Below are positions 1 to 13,857 of a DNA stretch of 64,000 bases, piece by piece. A program made the position numbers and the translations under genes. This DNA is from Eledone cirrhosa (taxonomy: Eukaryota): assembly GCA_964016885.1 (NCBI GenBank), contig OZ024743.1, forward strand, positions 269,080,001 through 269,144,000, written 5' to 3'. Numbering within the stretch: position 1 is the first letter of the stretch; every line of letters starts with the position of its first letter. The notes below the pieces were generated by a model. It was not told where the DNA came from and did no database searches. It saw nothing but the letters and a program-made list of their open reading frames with translations.

Positions 1-36
1 AAAACGACAGGCAAGTTTGGCCTCGGCGAGCTTGAA

Positions 37-91
<55 letters not shown>

Positions 92-164
92 TCTGCTTTG
101 TATTGAGTACCTTACTTACTGTGGTTACCCCCGATTGAACCCGGGATAAACATTTATATATATG

Positions 165-265
<101 letters not shown>

Positions 266-962
266 TAGAAGGAATACAGTTAGGTTGGCCCTTCTGTCCA
301 ACGTGTTAAACGACTGCCAACCAATTTTCCTCCTTGTGCATGTTTAATAACAAAGATCCAGCGTTGATAAATTTACGAGGATTGTAACGCAATGTCTTTT
401 CAGTTGGCAAATAGTTTGCCATGGATTAATTCTTGTCAGTCTTCTTCTATAGCTTGGTTTCACTTTGTGAATTACACACATACACACACAGACACTTACA
501 CACGTGGACACATGTACATACATACATACACACACACTCACAAAGAGACACGCGCATACACGTGCACAACACACACACACACACACAAACAGACGCATAC
601 ACAAACCCATACATACACACTCTCACCTTGGTTGACCAGTTGTGTTGCAATCTCTTCCCTTAAGACAAGTAAATAAATTGATTTGTTTGTTTTTTTGTTT
701 TTATTGTTGCAAGCAGGGAAAAGCGGACGTAATATGATGATGATGATGATATTGTTTTTGCATGTTCTAGAGTTTTCTCCGGCTTCTAACTAATTTTAGA
801 TATACACGTTTTTTTTTTAATTTTTATTTTAGTACATCAAATCTTTTTTGTCTAATCTTTGAGCTTGACTTTTGCTATCGTTGGTTTAGAATGGTTTGGG
901 ATAGTCTAGGGTGGCAATGTCTAAAGATGAAATCTTCAAACCTCTGTGTGCTGCTGCTGCTG

Positions 963-1016
<54 letters not shown>

Positions 1017-1091
1017 CATATCCCCCAAAGTGGAGGCTATTTTAGAAAAAGAATAGGTTAATCTCTCTCTCATGTATATATATATGTATGT

Positions 1092-1134
<43 letters not shown>

Positions 1135-1154
1135 ACAACAACAACAATGGAGGA

Positions 1155-1212
<58 letters not shown>

Positions 1213-1259
1213 GTGAGTATAAAACGTAGTCTGTTCTAAGCTCGGGAGCTCATTAGACC

Positions 1260-1438
1260 GATGCCTTCATGGTGTTCAGCGACTGGGAGTACAAACCTTC
1301 CCACCAGCATGGACACGACGTCGATCCATTGCATGCTCTTTACCCAAGCTACACTTGGTACTCATTTCAGTTGACTGGGCTGGAGCATCATGAAATGAAG
1401 TATTCTGATAAAGAACACAACGCGCCACTCGGTCCAAG

Positions 1439-1440
<2 letters not shown>
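1260..1440 (-). mobile_element. Diverged CORE-type tRNA SINE
   Basis: gactgggctggagcatcatgaaatgaagtattctgataaagaacacaacgcg matches the copies at 39806-40115 and 50510-50750. Confidence 0.55.
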
Positions 1441-1482
<42 letters not shown>

Positions 1483-1490
1483 ATATATAT

Positions 1491-1697
1491 ATCAAAATAA
1501 AGATCCGAAGGCATGGTAAAAATTTCCAATCATTTTAATCACGACACATGTTTCAATAAGAGATAGATCGATCGTGTAGCCATGATCGATTATCACTGAT
1601 CTCGTCAGGTGAAAATGAATTGTCTTCAAATCCTTGAATGTGTCGTGATTAAAATGATTGGAAATTTATACCACGCCTTCGGATCTTTATTTTGATA
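1491..1697. mobile_element. Inverted-repeat cassette (about 59-bp arms) enclosing a hammerhead ribozyme; probable Penelope-like pseudo-LTR remnant
   Basis: 1491-1549 (atcaaaataaagatccgaaggc...aatcacgacacat) is the near-perfect reverse complement of 1638-1697. The left end abuts (TA)n. Confidence 0.75.
1539..1612 (-). ncRNA. Type I hammerhead ribozyme, complete fold
   Basis: Minus strand reads TCAC-CTGACGA-[long stem II with ATCGATC/GATCGAT]-GAAAC-ATGT-GTC^GTGA. Stem I is TCAC/GTGA and the cleavage triplet is GUC. Confidence 0.8.
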
Positions 1698-1835
1698 CAA
1701 ATACTCCGTTTTACATCACCTAGCTGTTCCCATAAATGGAATTGGAGATATACAAAAGCGTGGAGAACTTAATATTGGTAACAAACATTTTATTGGACCG
1801 TTTGACACAACCAATAATACACCCCTTACTATATA

Positions 1836-1925
<90 letters not shown>

Positions 1926-2048
1926 CGTGGTTATAGGGAATATTCGCCCTAAACTCGTTTCCTCACAATTACTCTCTCAAAGAGATATGGTTTGCACGTG
2001 TGTCGTACAAACCTTGTCTCAGTATGCTAACCAAGGGTATATTAGCAG

Positions 2049-2141
<93 letters not shown>

Positions 2142-2600
2142 CATATATATATCTGTGTGTGCGTGTGTGTGTGTATTTAAAATAAGCATGACTAACAGGG
2201 ATAAAATACCATAAAGTCCATTAGTTTCATGATGTTAGAACGTATCAGACGTTCGTCCTGTATCATGAAAGGATAGAATTCGAAAAATGAGCGCTTTTGA
2301 AGGTTTTGGAGGGGGGGGGGGGCATAGTTCTAACATGATTTTCCTTTCCCAACAAACGTGGAACTAAGACTTTGTGTGTGTTGTTATACCCTTGCTCGTT
2401 TTGTTTATATAATATAATATATATATATATGCACATACATGTATATATATATCGACTGACGATCGACTTTCGTCAAATCGGACCGAGAAAACAATGTTTC
2501 CGTTGGTCTTTCCCATTGCTAATACTCTCTACTCCAAGCAGAAGGAGCAACGTAAAATAAAATGTCTTGCCCAAGGATATAAGGCATCGCCCGGTCCGGG

Positions 2601-2643
<43 letters not shown>

Positions 2644-2790
2644 GATGTGGTCAGTGGGTGTTGGAGTGTTTGTGACGTTTAGTTCAGATTCAATTGGTGT
2701 CGGTGTTTTTTTAGCGGTATCTTTGAATGGTTTAAAACACTCCCGAAATCCATGAGTTCATTTGGAACAATAACACCAAAGGGATCAAAC

Positions 2791-3096
2791 CAGGTGTCTC
2801 AATCACGCAGCTCGTGGGTCGTATGTTGCGTGCAAACTACTTCTATATGATGGCCCGCGGTAGAACAATTTTCGGGACTAATATTTCGTAATTAGTCTGT
2901 TTTAACAATATTTATAATACAATTTAGTGCAATTTACCAATAAAATAAAGCGGTGTGGAGGATATAATTTATCAAAATTGAAAACGGAAATAAAGTGAAT
3001 TTACTAAAAGTAAGAATGGAATTGAGGAAAATTTCTCCCACTACCGTTTGTACTAATTCACATATTCCACTTACTATCATATGCGTATGACCCCTG
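2791..3096 (+). mobile_element. hAT-like non-autonomous DNA element
   Basis: Termini CAGGTGTC...GACCCCTG, internal TGGCCCGCGG, and similarity to 57511-58185 and to the reverse complement of 8355-8625. Confidence 0.55.
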
Positions 3097-3139
3097 GCTT
3101 AAAGCATGTCTTCTTTGGGGGCGTGAAGCCGAGTAAGAA

Positions 3140-3310
3140 TGCACCTCCGTCAGTTTCGATGATGAGTGTTTCAGTTGTTCGATCAACAGAACAAAGCCAG
3201 CACATGACTTAACGTGTAAATAGCTGAGCATTCCACAGACACGTGTATCAATAACAATAGATATTCTTAGGGATATTTAGAGTCACGGAAAGGACGACTG
3301 TTTGAAATAC
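3140..3310 (-). mobile_element. CORE-type SINE body fragment
   Basis: ttaacgtgtaaatagctgagcattccacagacacgtgta is shared with 9640-9865 and 39806-40115. Confidence 0.6.
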
Positions 3311-4290
3311 AAAAGAAGTCCATCCGACGGGCTTCCAAATAATTTCCGTCATCCCAATTTCAGTCACAACACACAGGTAGTTCCGAAGCTATATTAAATG
3401 ACATGAGATGATACGCAATGGGATTGAACCAGTGACTTAATAACTGCAATGCGAACTCCTTAACAATTCAACTAGGCTATATCCACTAAAGTTTAATAGT
3501 AGATGTGGAAATAGCCAAACTTTTAACTGATTAACTTGTTTGGCGGGTTTGAGTTGTATGTTGTATGTATATGTATGGATTTCAATTATCAGCTTCAATC
3601 TCATCCTCTTCCACGCCCCCCTCCCCCTCTCTCTCTCTCCCTGCATGTATATATATATTTGTCTGTGTGTATTTATGTCACATAGCTTAGCGCTTCGACA
3701 AAAGAGATCGATAATATCGACGGATGCTGATGTGATTGACTAAATCAATAAATCAAGGTTGTACCAATAAAAGAAAGTTTATATATATATATATATGAGT
3801 GTGTGTATGTGTGTGTATATATACATGTGTGTGTGTTATGTAGATTTATTTCAAGTATGAAGCTTGTAATATTTATTCAAAAGGAAAAGGACGTTTCAAA
3901 ACCTGTTGCCTCAGCTATTAATACAGAGAGAAGGCGAGTGAGTCAGAAAGAGTGAGAGAGAGAGAGAGAGAGAGAGAGTATAAGTGAGTGAGTGTATATG
4001 TGACTAGTGTTCAGCTGTACTATTTATGGACGTCTAACAATAGACAATCTTTCTTTCTTCCTTCCTTGACAAATGACGGACTTCCTGAAAGGCGAAATTG
4101 TAGATAATCTAGATGCTGTGTGTGTGTGTGCGTGTGTGTTGTTCATAAGTGTAAAGAGCATCTTGAGGGACATGTGTGTGTGTGTGTATATATATATGCG
4201 TATATATATATATCATGTGTGTGTGTATATATATGTGTATATATATATCATGTGTGTGTGTATATATATATAATTACAACAGTGACATAA

Positions 4291-4340
4291 ACAGGTACTT
4301 AAGTTTCGTTGGGTTCTGGACCCCAACTCATTCAACCTGT
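4291..4340 (-). ncRNA. Type I hammerhead ribozyme with altered core
   Basis: Minus strand reads ACAGG-TTGAATGA-GTTGGG(loop)CCCAAC-GAAAC-TTAA-GTA^CCTGT. Stems I and II are perfect, stem III is palindromic (ACTTAAGT), and the core deviates from CTGATGA. Confidence 0.7.
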
Positions 4341-4595
4341 CATAAGAAAAATAAAGATCTATCTATCTACATATATATATAGTTGAACAAATGAAACAAA
4401 ACAAACACAAGGATGCAAAAATGCCAAGTCTTATTAGAATCATACTTCCGTGTGTGTATTTTTTCACGAGTGGATCGCATGAGTGTGTATGTTGTCTTCA
4501 CGTGTGTGTTTATAACTTTCTGTATAGTCTGTAGTGAAATTATTTTGTGTTCGTGTGCGTATGTTTATATATATTTATGTACGTCTGTGTCTGAG

Positions 4596-4956
4596 CGCGT
4601 CGACGGAATTTGCATTCTTCCCATTGGAAGGCGGTAAATCCCTCAGCTGGGATGCGACATGTTGTGACACGTTCTTAGCCACCAACTTAGTCGCTTCGGC
4701 CACAAACCCTGGTATCGCGGTCCCCAATGCAGAGGGCAGGAAGACAAGCAAATACCGGGTTTTGTTCTGTCGCTTCCTCTTTGTACCCGTCGCCGTCGAG
4801 ATCTCAGACATACTTGGACGCCGTACAGCTGAGCTCCTCCGCAAAATCGGAACGGCAACAGTCCGTCTGAGAGAGAGGGGGGAGGGGGAGAGTCAGCAAT
4901 GCCAAGACCGAAGAGACAACAAATCATGAGAGTATTCAATATACGAGGAGATGCAG
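4596..4956 (+). pseudogene. Frameshifted restriction-like (PD-D/ExK) endonuclease fragment of a CRE-like non-LTR retrotransposon
   Basis: RVDG / GKSLSWDATCCDT...AEGRKTSKY...FVPVAVE...LG...LLRKIG...IRGDA follows the RPDG-WD.T..DT-AE..K..KY-F.P.AVE-QRGNA pattern of CRE-clade RLE domains. Confidence 0.75.
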
Positions 4957-5198
4957 AGTGGACATAGAGATATAGAGATAGATATAATCACGTCCGCACC
5001 GGCAAGCGGTCGGGATTGTACAGGGTGGGCCAGAATTCATGACTCGCTTGTTAGTTATATTTATTAACATGCTTATTTTATTGTTATTGTATTGTTTTAA
5101 TTTATTATTTTATTTCTTAATATGCTTGTCTTTAATACGTATTATATTCCTTAACTTGTTTTTTAACATTTTGTGTTAATAGATCTATAAATAAAGTG

Positions 5199-5241
<43 letters not shown>

Positions 5242-5289
5242 ATATATATATATATATATATATCCTGTATATATATATATATATATATA

Positions 5290-5356
<67 letters not shown>

Positions 5357-6143
5357 TGAGTTGGTTTTCTCGTTGCTTTGTGGTTCACGTGGCTGGCTCA
5401 CCGGTCGCCATCTTCAATTTGTTATTACTCTAAGGTACCTTATCGAGTGCTTTGCTGTACATTCCGGATTGTATATCGTTAGCTTGGCCACAGCCAAAAC
5501 TTCGATTTTACTGAACTTCCATTTGTATATATATATATATCGATCATACCAGTCTATGGGTTCGAAGTGATAAAGGGGTGGTTAAAAAGTTTCATTTTAG
5601 GCATTGCCCCTTACTTTGTCTCTCCCACCTATTTTCTTCTATTATCATTGCTTTGTGCCCATATCCCTATATTCAAATGACTCTCCATTGCACCCATCTA
5701 TACCTACATCTACATACATCTATCTACATACATATATCCTTCTCATTCTTTACCGTTTATATTTTGTCCAGCACGTGTCTTCCCTTTTCACCGTTTATTT
5801 ACCTTATTTAATCTTTCACCTCGCCCCCTCTTCCACATTATTTCCTTCCTTCTACTTGTATCGGGTTTTATATACCCCCCCCCCCCCTCATCCGCATTGA
5901 AGCTATTGTGGTTTCCAGAGATTTACTCATGAGAAGTGATTGTCCGCCTTGTTTTCCCGTTGTCTTTGACCTCTGCGCCATACTGTTTTTGGGGATATAT
6001 ATATATATATGGATATATATCAAGATGGCCGACTGAATATGCACGTGTGTTTTCTCCCCCTTCTTTCCTCCTGATTCTTCCCCCTCCCATGCCTTCCTTC
6101 TCATCACCCTTTACTTTCTGTTTAACTTCTATTTCTAACTCTA

Positions 6144-6256
6144 TTTTCTGATGAAGGACTAGTGTCTCCGAAACGTTATGACTATCTTCCTGCTATTTCA
6201 AGCGTTAAACTAATATACTTCTTCCATTTACTGTGTTGTTTGTTTTGTTATTTCTG

Positions 6257-6260
<4 letters not shown>
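6144..6260 (+). ncRNA. Minimal hammerhead cassette, family A
   Basis: CTGATGA-AGGAC-TAGT-GTCTCC-GAAACGTT followed by an ~80-nt tail and then (CA)n/(TA)n. Homologs lie at 28830, 33390 and 49570. Confidence 0.65.
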
Positions 6261-6334
<74 letters not shown>

Positions 6335-6380
6335 CACGATATATAGTAAAGTAAGATATATTTAGAAAAAGAAAGAATGA

Positions 6381-6535
6381 ATCAATTGGTGGTTGGTATG
6401 CTTTAATAATCCAATATGCTTCGTGTCTTTTTTGTTTTCTATCCTTGTTATCTTCTGAAGTTAACAGGACTAACATGAACAATGAGTCGTTGTAAAACAT
6501 TGGATTAGTAAGGAGCATATCACCTACCACTGAAG
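6381..6535. repeat. Imperfect fold-back palindrome centred on CTTC-T-GAAG (degenerate hammerhead core)
   Basis: atccttgttatcttc-t-gaagttaacaggact, with outer arms taataatccaat/attggattagta. Centre at 6456. Confidence 0.55.
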
Positions 6536-6561
6536 GCATGCTTTACACACACGAACATTGA

Positions 6562-6678
6562 AGGCCGGGTTCCAATATATACTTTTAATGTTACACAGTT
6601 ACATAATACGTATTTCTGTGGCTGGCTTATGTCACCAGACTATGACACATAACAACCGGTGAAGTCATCAGATGTAAT
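6562..6678 (-). mobile_element. Degenerate hammerhead cassette, family B
   Basis: Minus strand has CTGATGA at 6665-6671. The cassette is homologous to 14588-14682, which retains GAAACGTT. Confidence 0.45.
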
Positions 6679-7681
6679 GGACATAAAAGATTTAGTTCAG
6701 GGATCTCTAATGGGTTGCAACAAAGAATTGATACGGAGGCTATCCGAATCAATGCAGAATCAATGTAACACAGTATGTAACGAAAGTTAACGATACTATC
6801 AATTTTGTATCATACGCACACACGCACATACACATAGACGCATACATACACATACGCACATACACACACATGCGCACATACACACACATACGCATATACA
6901 CACACATGCGCACATACACACACATATGCAAATACGCATGCACCTCCGCCCCACAATAACACGTGTCAACAAATATATCAACACAAACGCATTCATGTAA
7001 ATATTATAGACATGGTATGTACAAACCATTCACACACACATATACATACAAGCGTAGCTATTGTAATATACCGGACATACTCATACACACAAACACACAT
7101 TCACGCTCACACATACATGTAAAGAATACATCCAAGTACACATACATTAACGCACGCACACACATACACACACTCACAAAGTACCCAAACAACATCAACG
7201 CACACAGACATACAAAAACTTACAATCTTAAGTACCCAAATCATATTAACATACATGCACAGAAGTACGGCAGACACATACACTTACACACACTCATACA
7301 CTCACTCACACTCATACGCTCACACACACACTCATACACACACACACTCTCATAGAAATATTGACAACATATAAACACACAACATAGATACATATACGAC
7401 TTACGCGCATACATGCATATAGAGAAGAAATAGTTACCCTGCTAACATTCCCACGGCTCCCACCCCTTCTCTCTTGCCTGCACCCCTCCCCACAGCTTGT
7501 CACCAAGACGTATTTCTACTCTAAGCCACCACCACCACCATCACTCTGATGGTACTACTACTTAGTAGTAGTAGTAGTAGTAGTACTGCTGCTGCCACCA
7601 TTACTATCGCCACCATCGTCACACATTTGCCCACCAGTCATCCATCCACCATAATAACACTCATAGCTGCTGCTGCTGCTG

Positions 7682-7752
<71 letters not shown>

Positions 7753-8354
7753 ACCGCCGCCGCCGCCACTGCAGTCGAGATTACATTACTAACACTACCA
7801 ACCATTGCGATTGCCACTTCTCTAGCTCATGATTAACACCCCTAACTTTAGTATCACCATTGCTATTGCTACAGTGGTTAGACAACAACACTTTTAGCGA
7901 CTCCACCAGCACTGGTACAATAGTTATAAAATACTTCCACCACCACCACCACCGTCATTACTACTACCTCTACCCCCTCCCCCCGGCATCACTACTAGTC
8001 CTAGCACCACAACTACCATCACTTCTACAAAAACCAACAGGGGCAGCTCCAACACTACCTAGCTCCTTCATCACTATCAGTACTACCATCACTACACTCA
8101 CCCCCTCCACTACCACACTGCCACTTCATAACTCGTCACTATTCTCTTACAGCTATTGTCACCATATTTTCTATTAAAGGACAACTATTGAAGGAGATTA
8201 TGTGTCTGCTAAGTATGGCAAGTCAGTAGACAACTGTTAAACTCCTGTACCACATGGAACCACATTAGCAAGGCATTCTTGAAAAGTATAAAACACCATA
8301 ACTGCAACACGTTAAAAATTAAAGTCTTTTTCGTTAAATAATGGGCCACAAACT

Positions 8355-8625
8355 CCAGGTTTCAAAAGGGCCATTACGTCTCAGGAAAGAAGCACAACTG
8401 GTCAAAAGTGAGATGTGCAGGGTGTGTGATTTCCACCAGTTATAATGCTAATCCACAAAATAGGTGATAGGCTGCTATTTATTTAAAATGAATACGCATA
8501 TTATAAGTAATATATATGAATTAGTACAAAATGTTGAGGAACAAATTTTCCTTGATTAGTCACAAAAATTGTCCTTCCGCGGGCCACAGGGAAGTAGTTT
8601 ACGGGCCGATCTTTGAGTGCCCGTT
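8355..8625 (-). mobile_element. hAT-like non-autonomous element (same family as 2791 and 57511)
   Basis: tcaaaagggccattacgtc...ccagttat...tgataggctg is the reverse complement of 58060-58180. Confidence 0.55.
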
Positions 8626-8839
8626 GAATACTGTCATTTTTTTTTTTTTTTTACAAAGATGAAGTGCCGTAGTCACAGAATGGGAGGACAACACGTTCAA
8701 CCCATAACAGCATGGCCAATGGACGTAAAACGTTGTTGATGATGATGATATGTTCACTCGTAAAATATACTATAAACATTTAAATTAACAAACCTGCTTT
8801 TAGATATTTTCTGTTAAATTATTATTACATGGATACTAA

Positions 8840-8950
8840 GGGCGGGGGATTGGCAGTATCGGTAGAGTGTCGGACATGATTTGTGAGATACAGTTACGTA
8901 TCTTTACGTTCTGGGTTCAAATCTCGCCGATGACAATATTTATTCATCAC
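8840..8950 (+). mobile_element. tRNA-derived SINE, 5' part
   Basis: A box TGGCAGTATCGG and B box GTTCAAATC. Confidence 0.7.
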
Positions 8951-9639
8951 TCCCTATAGAAATAGATGGTCAACTTCAACCTAACGCTAATTTGTTTGAA
9001 ACTTGGTTCTAAGCACTTATCAAACCCACCCTTTGCTCTATGTCGGCGCTCTAAATGGTATAAAACTATTGGATCCACCATGGATTATGCCACATGAGGA
9101 AACATTTAAATGAAAATTTCAGCTTACACCTACAGGTGTAGCAATCCTACGAGGTTGTGTCTGATAGATTTCTTGTGTGTTTTAATGACGGGGCTCCGGT
9201 CCTATGTTGTTGTTGTTGTTGTTACAGCTCACACCTATGTAGGATACGCAGGTTTAGCTGGCCTTCTTCGTGATTATATCTCATAGATTTCTCGGGTGTT
9301 TTAATGATAGGAGCCCCAGTCCTATTTTGTTACAGCTCACACTTATGAAGATTTAGCTAACCTTCGAGATTATATCTCGTAGGTGATTTCTAGGGTGTTT
9401 TTATGATAGGGGGTCAAGGCCGATGATGAAAAGCAACGTGAAATATAGCGTGTTGCTCAGAACGTGCTGTCCTGTCCAGAAATCAAACTCACAACCCACC
9501 TCCTTTAATATCCTGACAAACTACAAGTATGACACTGCACACTTACATTACCACATCACCCTAAAAGCTGCCCATAGAAGACCGCCCATATAAACTATCT
9601 AATCCACCTACACAACAAAACAAAAATGTGTGATGTGTG

Positions 9640-10030
9640 TTGGATCTCCGCCTGTTACGATGATGAGTGTTACTATTGTTTGATCAACAGAACAGCCTGC
9701 TCGTAGTATTAATGTGCATGTGGCTGAGTCTTCCACAGATACGTGTGCCGTTAACGTAGCCCTCACGGCAACTTCGGCGTGAAAAGGTGAGACAAGACTA
9801 ACCCTTGATATTATAAGTACAATTCATTTTTTCAGCAGTTTAGTGAACTGGAGCAACGTAAAGTATAGTCACAGCATGGCTGAATGGTTATGGCGTCTGC
9901 TTGGTAATCATAAAGTTCCGGGTTCGATCCTGTTGTCTAGCATCTTAGGCAAGTGTCTTTTACCATAGCTGTATTGACCAAAGCCTTGTGAGTGTAATTA
10001 AGTAAACAGAAGCTCGTCGGATGTTTGACT
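9640..10030. mobile_element. Adjacent CORE-type SINEs (minus 9640-9865, plus 9870-10030)
   Basis: The body matches 39806-40115. The plus copy has TGGCTGAATGG / GGTTCGATCC boxes followed by CTTAGGCAAGTGTCTT. Confidence 0.6.
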
Positions 10031-11069
10031 AAACCTACAATTCATAGGCCAAACACTGTGTCGTCACGCTGAGTCAAAACGTTTTAAGTGAATGCCCAAA
10101 TCGTTATCCACTTGAGCATATGGACCTTACACACCCTAATACCACTATTCTGAGCTAGTTACAGTGCATCAGGGGTGTGACGTAATTGCAGCTGTTTTAA
10201 GCGCAAGAAGAAGGGTACATGCGTCTCTAGGATGCTCAGTTACTTATTTCACGAACATGCTGTGTTCCGTTGATCGAACGAACGACTGGAACAGTCAATT
10301 TCTCGTCGAAAGCAACGGTGGTCAATTAATGAATTTCTTTTCCGTTGGTGGCTAGAGTACACAGTCTGTCCAGACTGCCAAACTGAAGCACAGCATGTAT
10401 AATTAACCAACTGCACGCCAAGAATGTGGAGTATGGTCCTGAAAGATGGTGCTTAACCCAATAACAAATCCGTTAATGTCACCACCACAGCCATCAGGAA
10501 CACCACACTAACTTCAACACCACTAACACGACCACAACCAACATCAACACCATCCCAACCACCATTAGCACCAACATCAACACCACTACCTTCACAACCA
10601 CCACTGTCATCATCAACACTACTGCCACCATAACCACTAACATCACCACCACCACCACCACCACCACCAACACCATCATCTGAAGACCTTCACTTCCACC
10701 ACCATTATCATCATTTGAACACTGCTACACCATGGTCACCTCAATCCCCACCGTCTTCATCAGAACACCACCACCATGCTACACTGCTACGCCACCACCG
10801 CCATCTGAAAACCGATTAAGAGGGGAGATGCTATACGTGATCGCTCGCCCTGTTAGAAACAGCAGCCCAAATCCCTCCCTCAAATCGCCGTAAAGAAGTC
10901 ACATTCAACAATATATATCTGAAGAAAGTCGGACGGGATTGTCGTGACTGGAATGCCTTTAATTATAGGTCTGTTTAATTAGGACCGACCACGGGGTGAG
11001 GATAGGGTTGTTATCAGCAACAACAACGCTATAATCCCTTAATATTAACGTCACCACAGGCCAGGATGT

Positions 11070-12990
11070 TTTATCACCACCACCACCACTATGTTTATAA
11101 CACCAGTATCACCACCTCCACCACCACGTTAATAGTACTAGTACCACCACCACCACCATGTTTATAGCACCAGTATCACCACCACCACCACCACGTTAAT
11201 AGTACTAGTACCACCACCACCACCACCACCATGTTTATAGCACCAGTATCACCACCACCACCACCACGTTAATAGTACTAGTACCACCACCACCACCACC
11301 ACCATGTTTATAACACCAGTATCACCACCTCCACCACCACGTTAATAGTACTAGTACCACCACCACCACCACCACCATGTTTATAACACCAGTATCACCA
11401 CCTCCACCACCACGTTAATAGTACTAGTACCACCACCACCACCACCACCATGTTTATAGCACCAGTACCACCACCACCACCACCACCATGTTTATAGCAC
11501 CAGTATCACCACCTCCACCACGTTAATAGTACTAGTACCACCACCACCATGTTTATAACACCAGTATCACCACCTCCACCACCACGTTAATAGTACTAGT
11601 ACCACCACCACCATGTTTATAGCACCAGTATCACCACCTCCACCACCATGTTAATAGTACTAGTACCACCACCACCACCATGTTTATAGCACCAGTATCA
11701 CCACCACCACCACCACGTTAATAGTACTAGTACCACCACCACCACCATGTTTATAACACCAGTATCACCACCTCCACCACCACGTTAATAGTACTAGTAC
11801 CACCACCACCACCATGTTTATAACACCAGTATCACCACCTCCACCACCACGTTAATAGTACTAGTACCACCACCACCATGTTTATAACACCAGTATCACC
11901 ACCACCACCACCACCACCATGTTAATAGCACTAGTACCACCACCACCATGTTTATAACACCAGTATCACCACCACCACCACCACCATGTCAATAGCACTA
12001 GTACCACCACCACCATGTTTATAGCACCAGTATCACCACCTCCACCACCACCACCATGTTTATAACACCAGTATCACCACCACCACCACCACCACCATGT
12101 TTATAACACCAGTATCACCACCTCCACCACCACCACCATGTTTATAACACCAGTATCACCACCTCCACCACCACCACCATGTTTATAACACCAGTATCAC
12201 CACCACCACCACCACCATGTCAATAGCACTAGTACCACCACCACCACCACCACCACCATGTTTATAGCACCAGTATCACCACCTCCACCACCACCACCAT
12301 GTTTATAACACCAGTATCACCACCTCCACCACCATGTTAATAGCACTAGTACCACCACCACCATGTTTATAACACCAGTATCACCACCACCACCACCACC
12401 ATGTCAATAGCACTAGTACCACCACCACCACCACCACCACCACCACGTTTATAGCAACAGTATCACCACCTCCACCACCACCACCACGTTAATAGCACTA
12501 GCACTAGTGCCACCACCACCACCATGTTTATAACACCAGTATCACCACCTCCACCACCACCACCACGTTAATAGCACTAGTACCACCACCACCACCACCA
12601 TGTTTATAACACCAGTATCACCACCTCCACCACCACCACCACGTTAATAGCACTAGTACCACCACCACCACCACCATGTTTATAGCACCAGTATCACCAC
12701 CTCCACCACCACCACTATCACCACCACCACCACCACCACCATGTTAATAGCACTAGTACCACCACCACCACCACCACCATGTTTATAGCACCAGTATCAC
12801 CACCTCCACCACCACCATGTTAATAGCACTAGTACCACCACCACCACCATGTTTATAACACCAGTATCACCACCACCACCACCACCACCACCATGTTAAT
12901 AGCACTAGTACCACCACCACCACCATGTTTATAACACCAGTATCACCACCTCCACCACCACCACTATGTTAATAGCACCACTATCACCAC
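11070..12990 (+). repeat. CCA-rich composite minisatellite, about 1.9 kb
   Basis: Alternating modules ATGTTTATA(A/G)CACCAGTATC and (C/T)GTTAATAG(T/C)ACTAGT separated by variable (CCA)n. Confidence 0.95.
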
Positions 12991-13218
12991 CACCACTACC
13001 ACTTGTTAATATTGTGAATAACTACCACCATCACTACTACCATGTTAATACCTCCACTACCACCATCATCACCACCACCACCACCATCATTGTGACTGTC
13101 AATTGTCACACGGTGGAAAACATGACGCTTACTGCCCCCCCCCCCCTCCATACACGTAATACACACACACGTGTGTTTGCGTGTGTACTAGTACCAGAAC
13201 AGTTATTACCGTCATCAG

Positions 13219-13266
<48 letters not shown>

Positions 13267-13313
13267 AACCGTCACCACCAGTATTACTACTACTAAAACC
13301 TCCACCACTGCTG

Positions 13314-13344
<31 letters not shown>

Positions 13345-13811
13345 AACATGCCAGTTAACCGCAGTTATTTATGTAGCCCTGACATCATCACCAGAAAAGT
13401 GTACGTGTGTGTACGTGTGTGTACGTGTGTGTGTGTGTGTGTGTATGAAGACATGCATGGGAAAATGACTCTCTTGCATTTGACCTATGTGAATAAATAT
13501 GCATTTGTGACACATACACACATACACACGTACACACACACACGCACAACCTCTGCAATTCTATCTACAGAGCCCCTTCCCTCTGATGTGAGAGAGTGAG
13601 AGAATAAGGGGGGAGGAGAAGGAGGAGGGAAAGAGGAAGGAAGAGGAGGAGTGTGTTTAAAGGAATAAGGGAGGGGAATGGTGGATGGTGGAGGCAGAGA
13701 GGACGAGTTACATAGTTGAGTTTAAAAAAAATATATTTATACACCGACCACCCCATTCACCTCCCGCATGCGTGGTGCTGACACACGCACGTATGCATAC
13801 ATGTACGTGTG

Positions 13812-13845
<34 letters not shown>

Positions 13846-13857
13846 CATAGATACACA

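Noticed and set aside
2452-2505. CTGACGA...GAAAACAATGTTTC next to (TA)n
   Set aside because: No convincing stem I could be formed. It may be a decayed hammerhead but is not supportable.
11070-12990. CRISPR-like repeat/spacer appearance (also 59890-60202 and 26380-27245)
   Set aside because: There are no unique spacers and no cas genes, and the context is eukaryotic. These are ordinary minisatellites.
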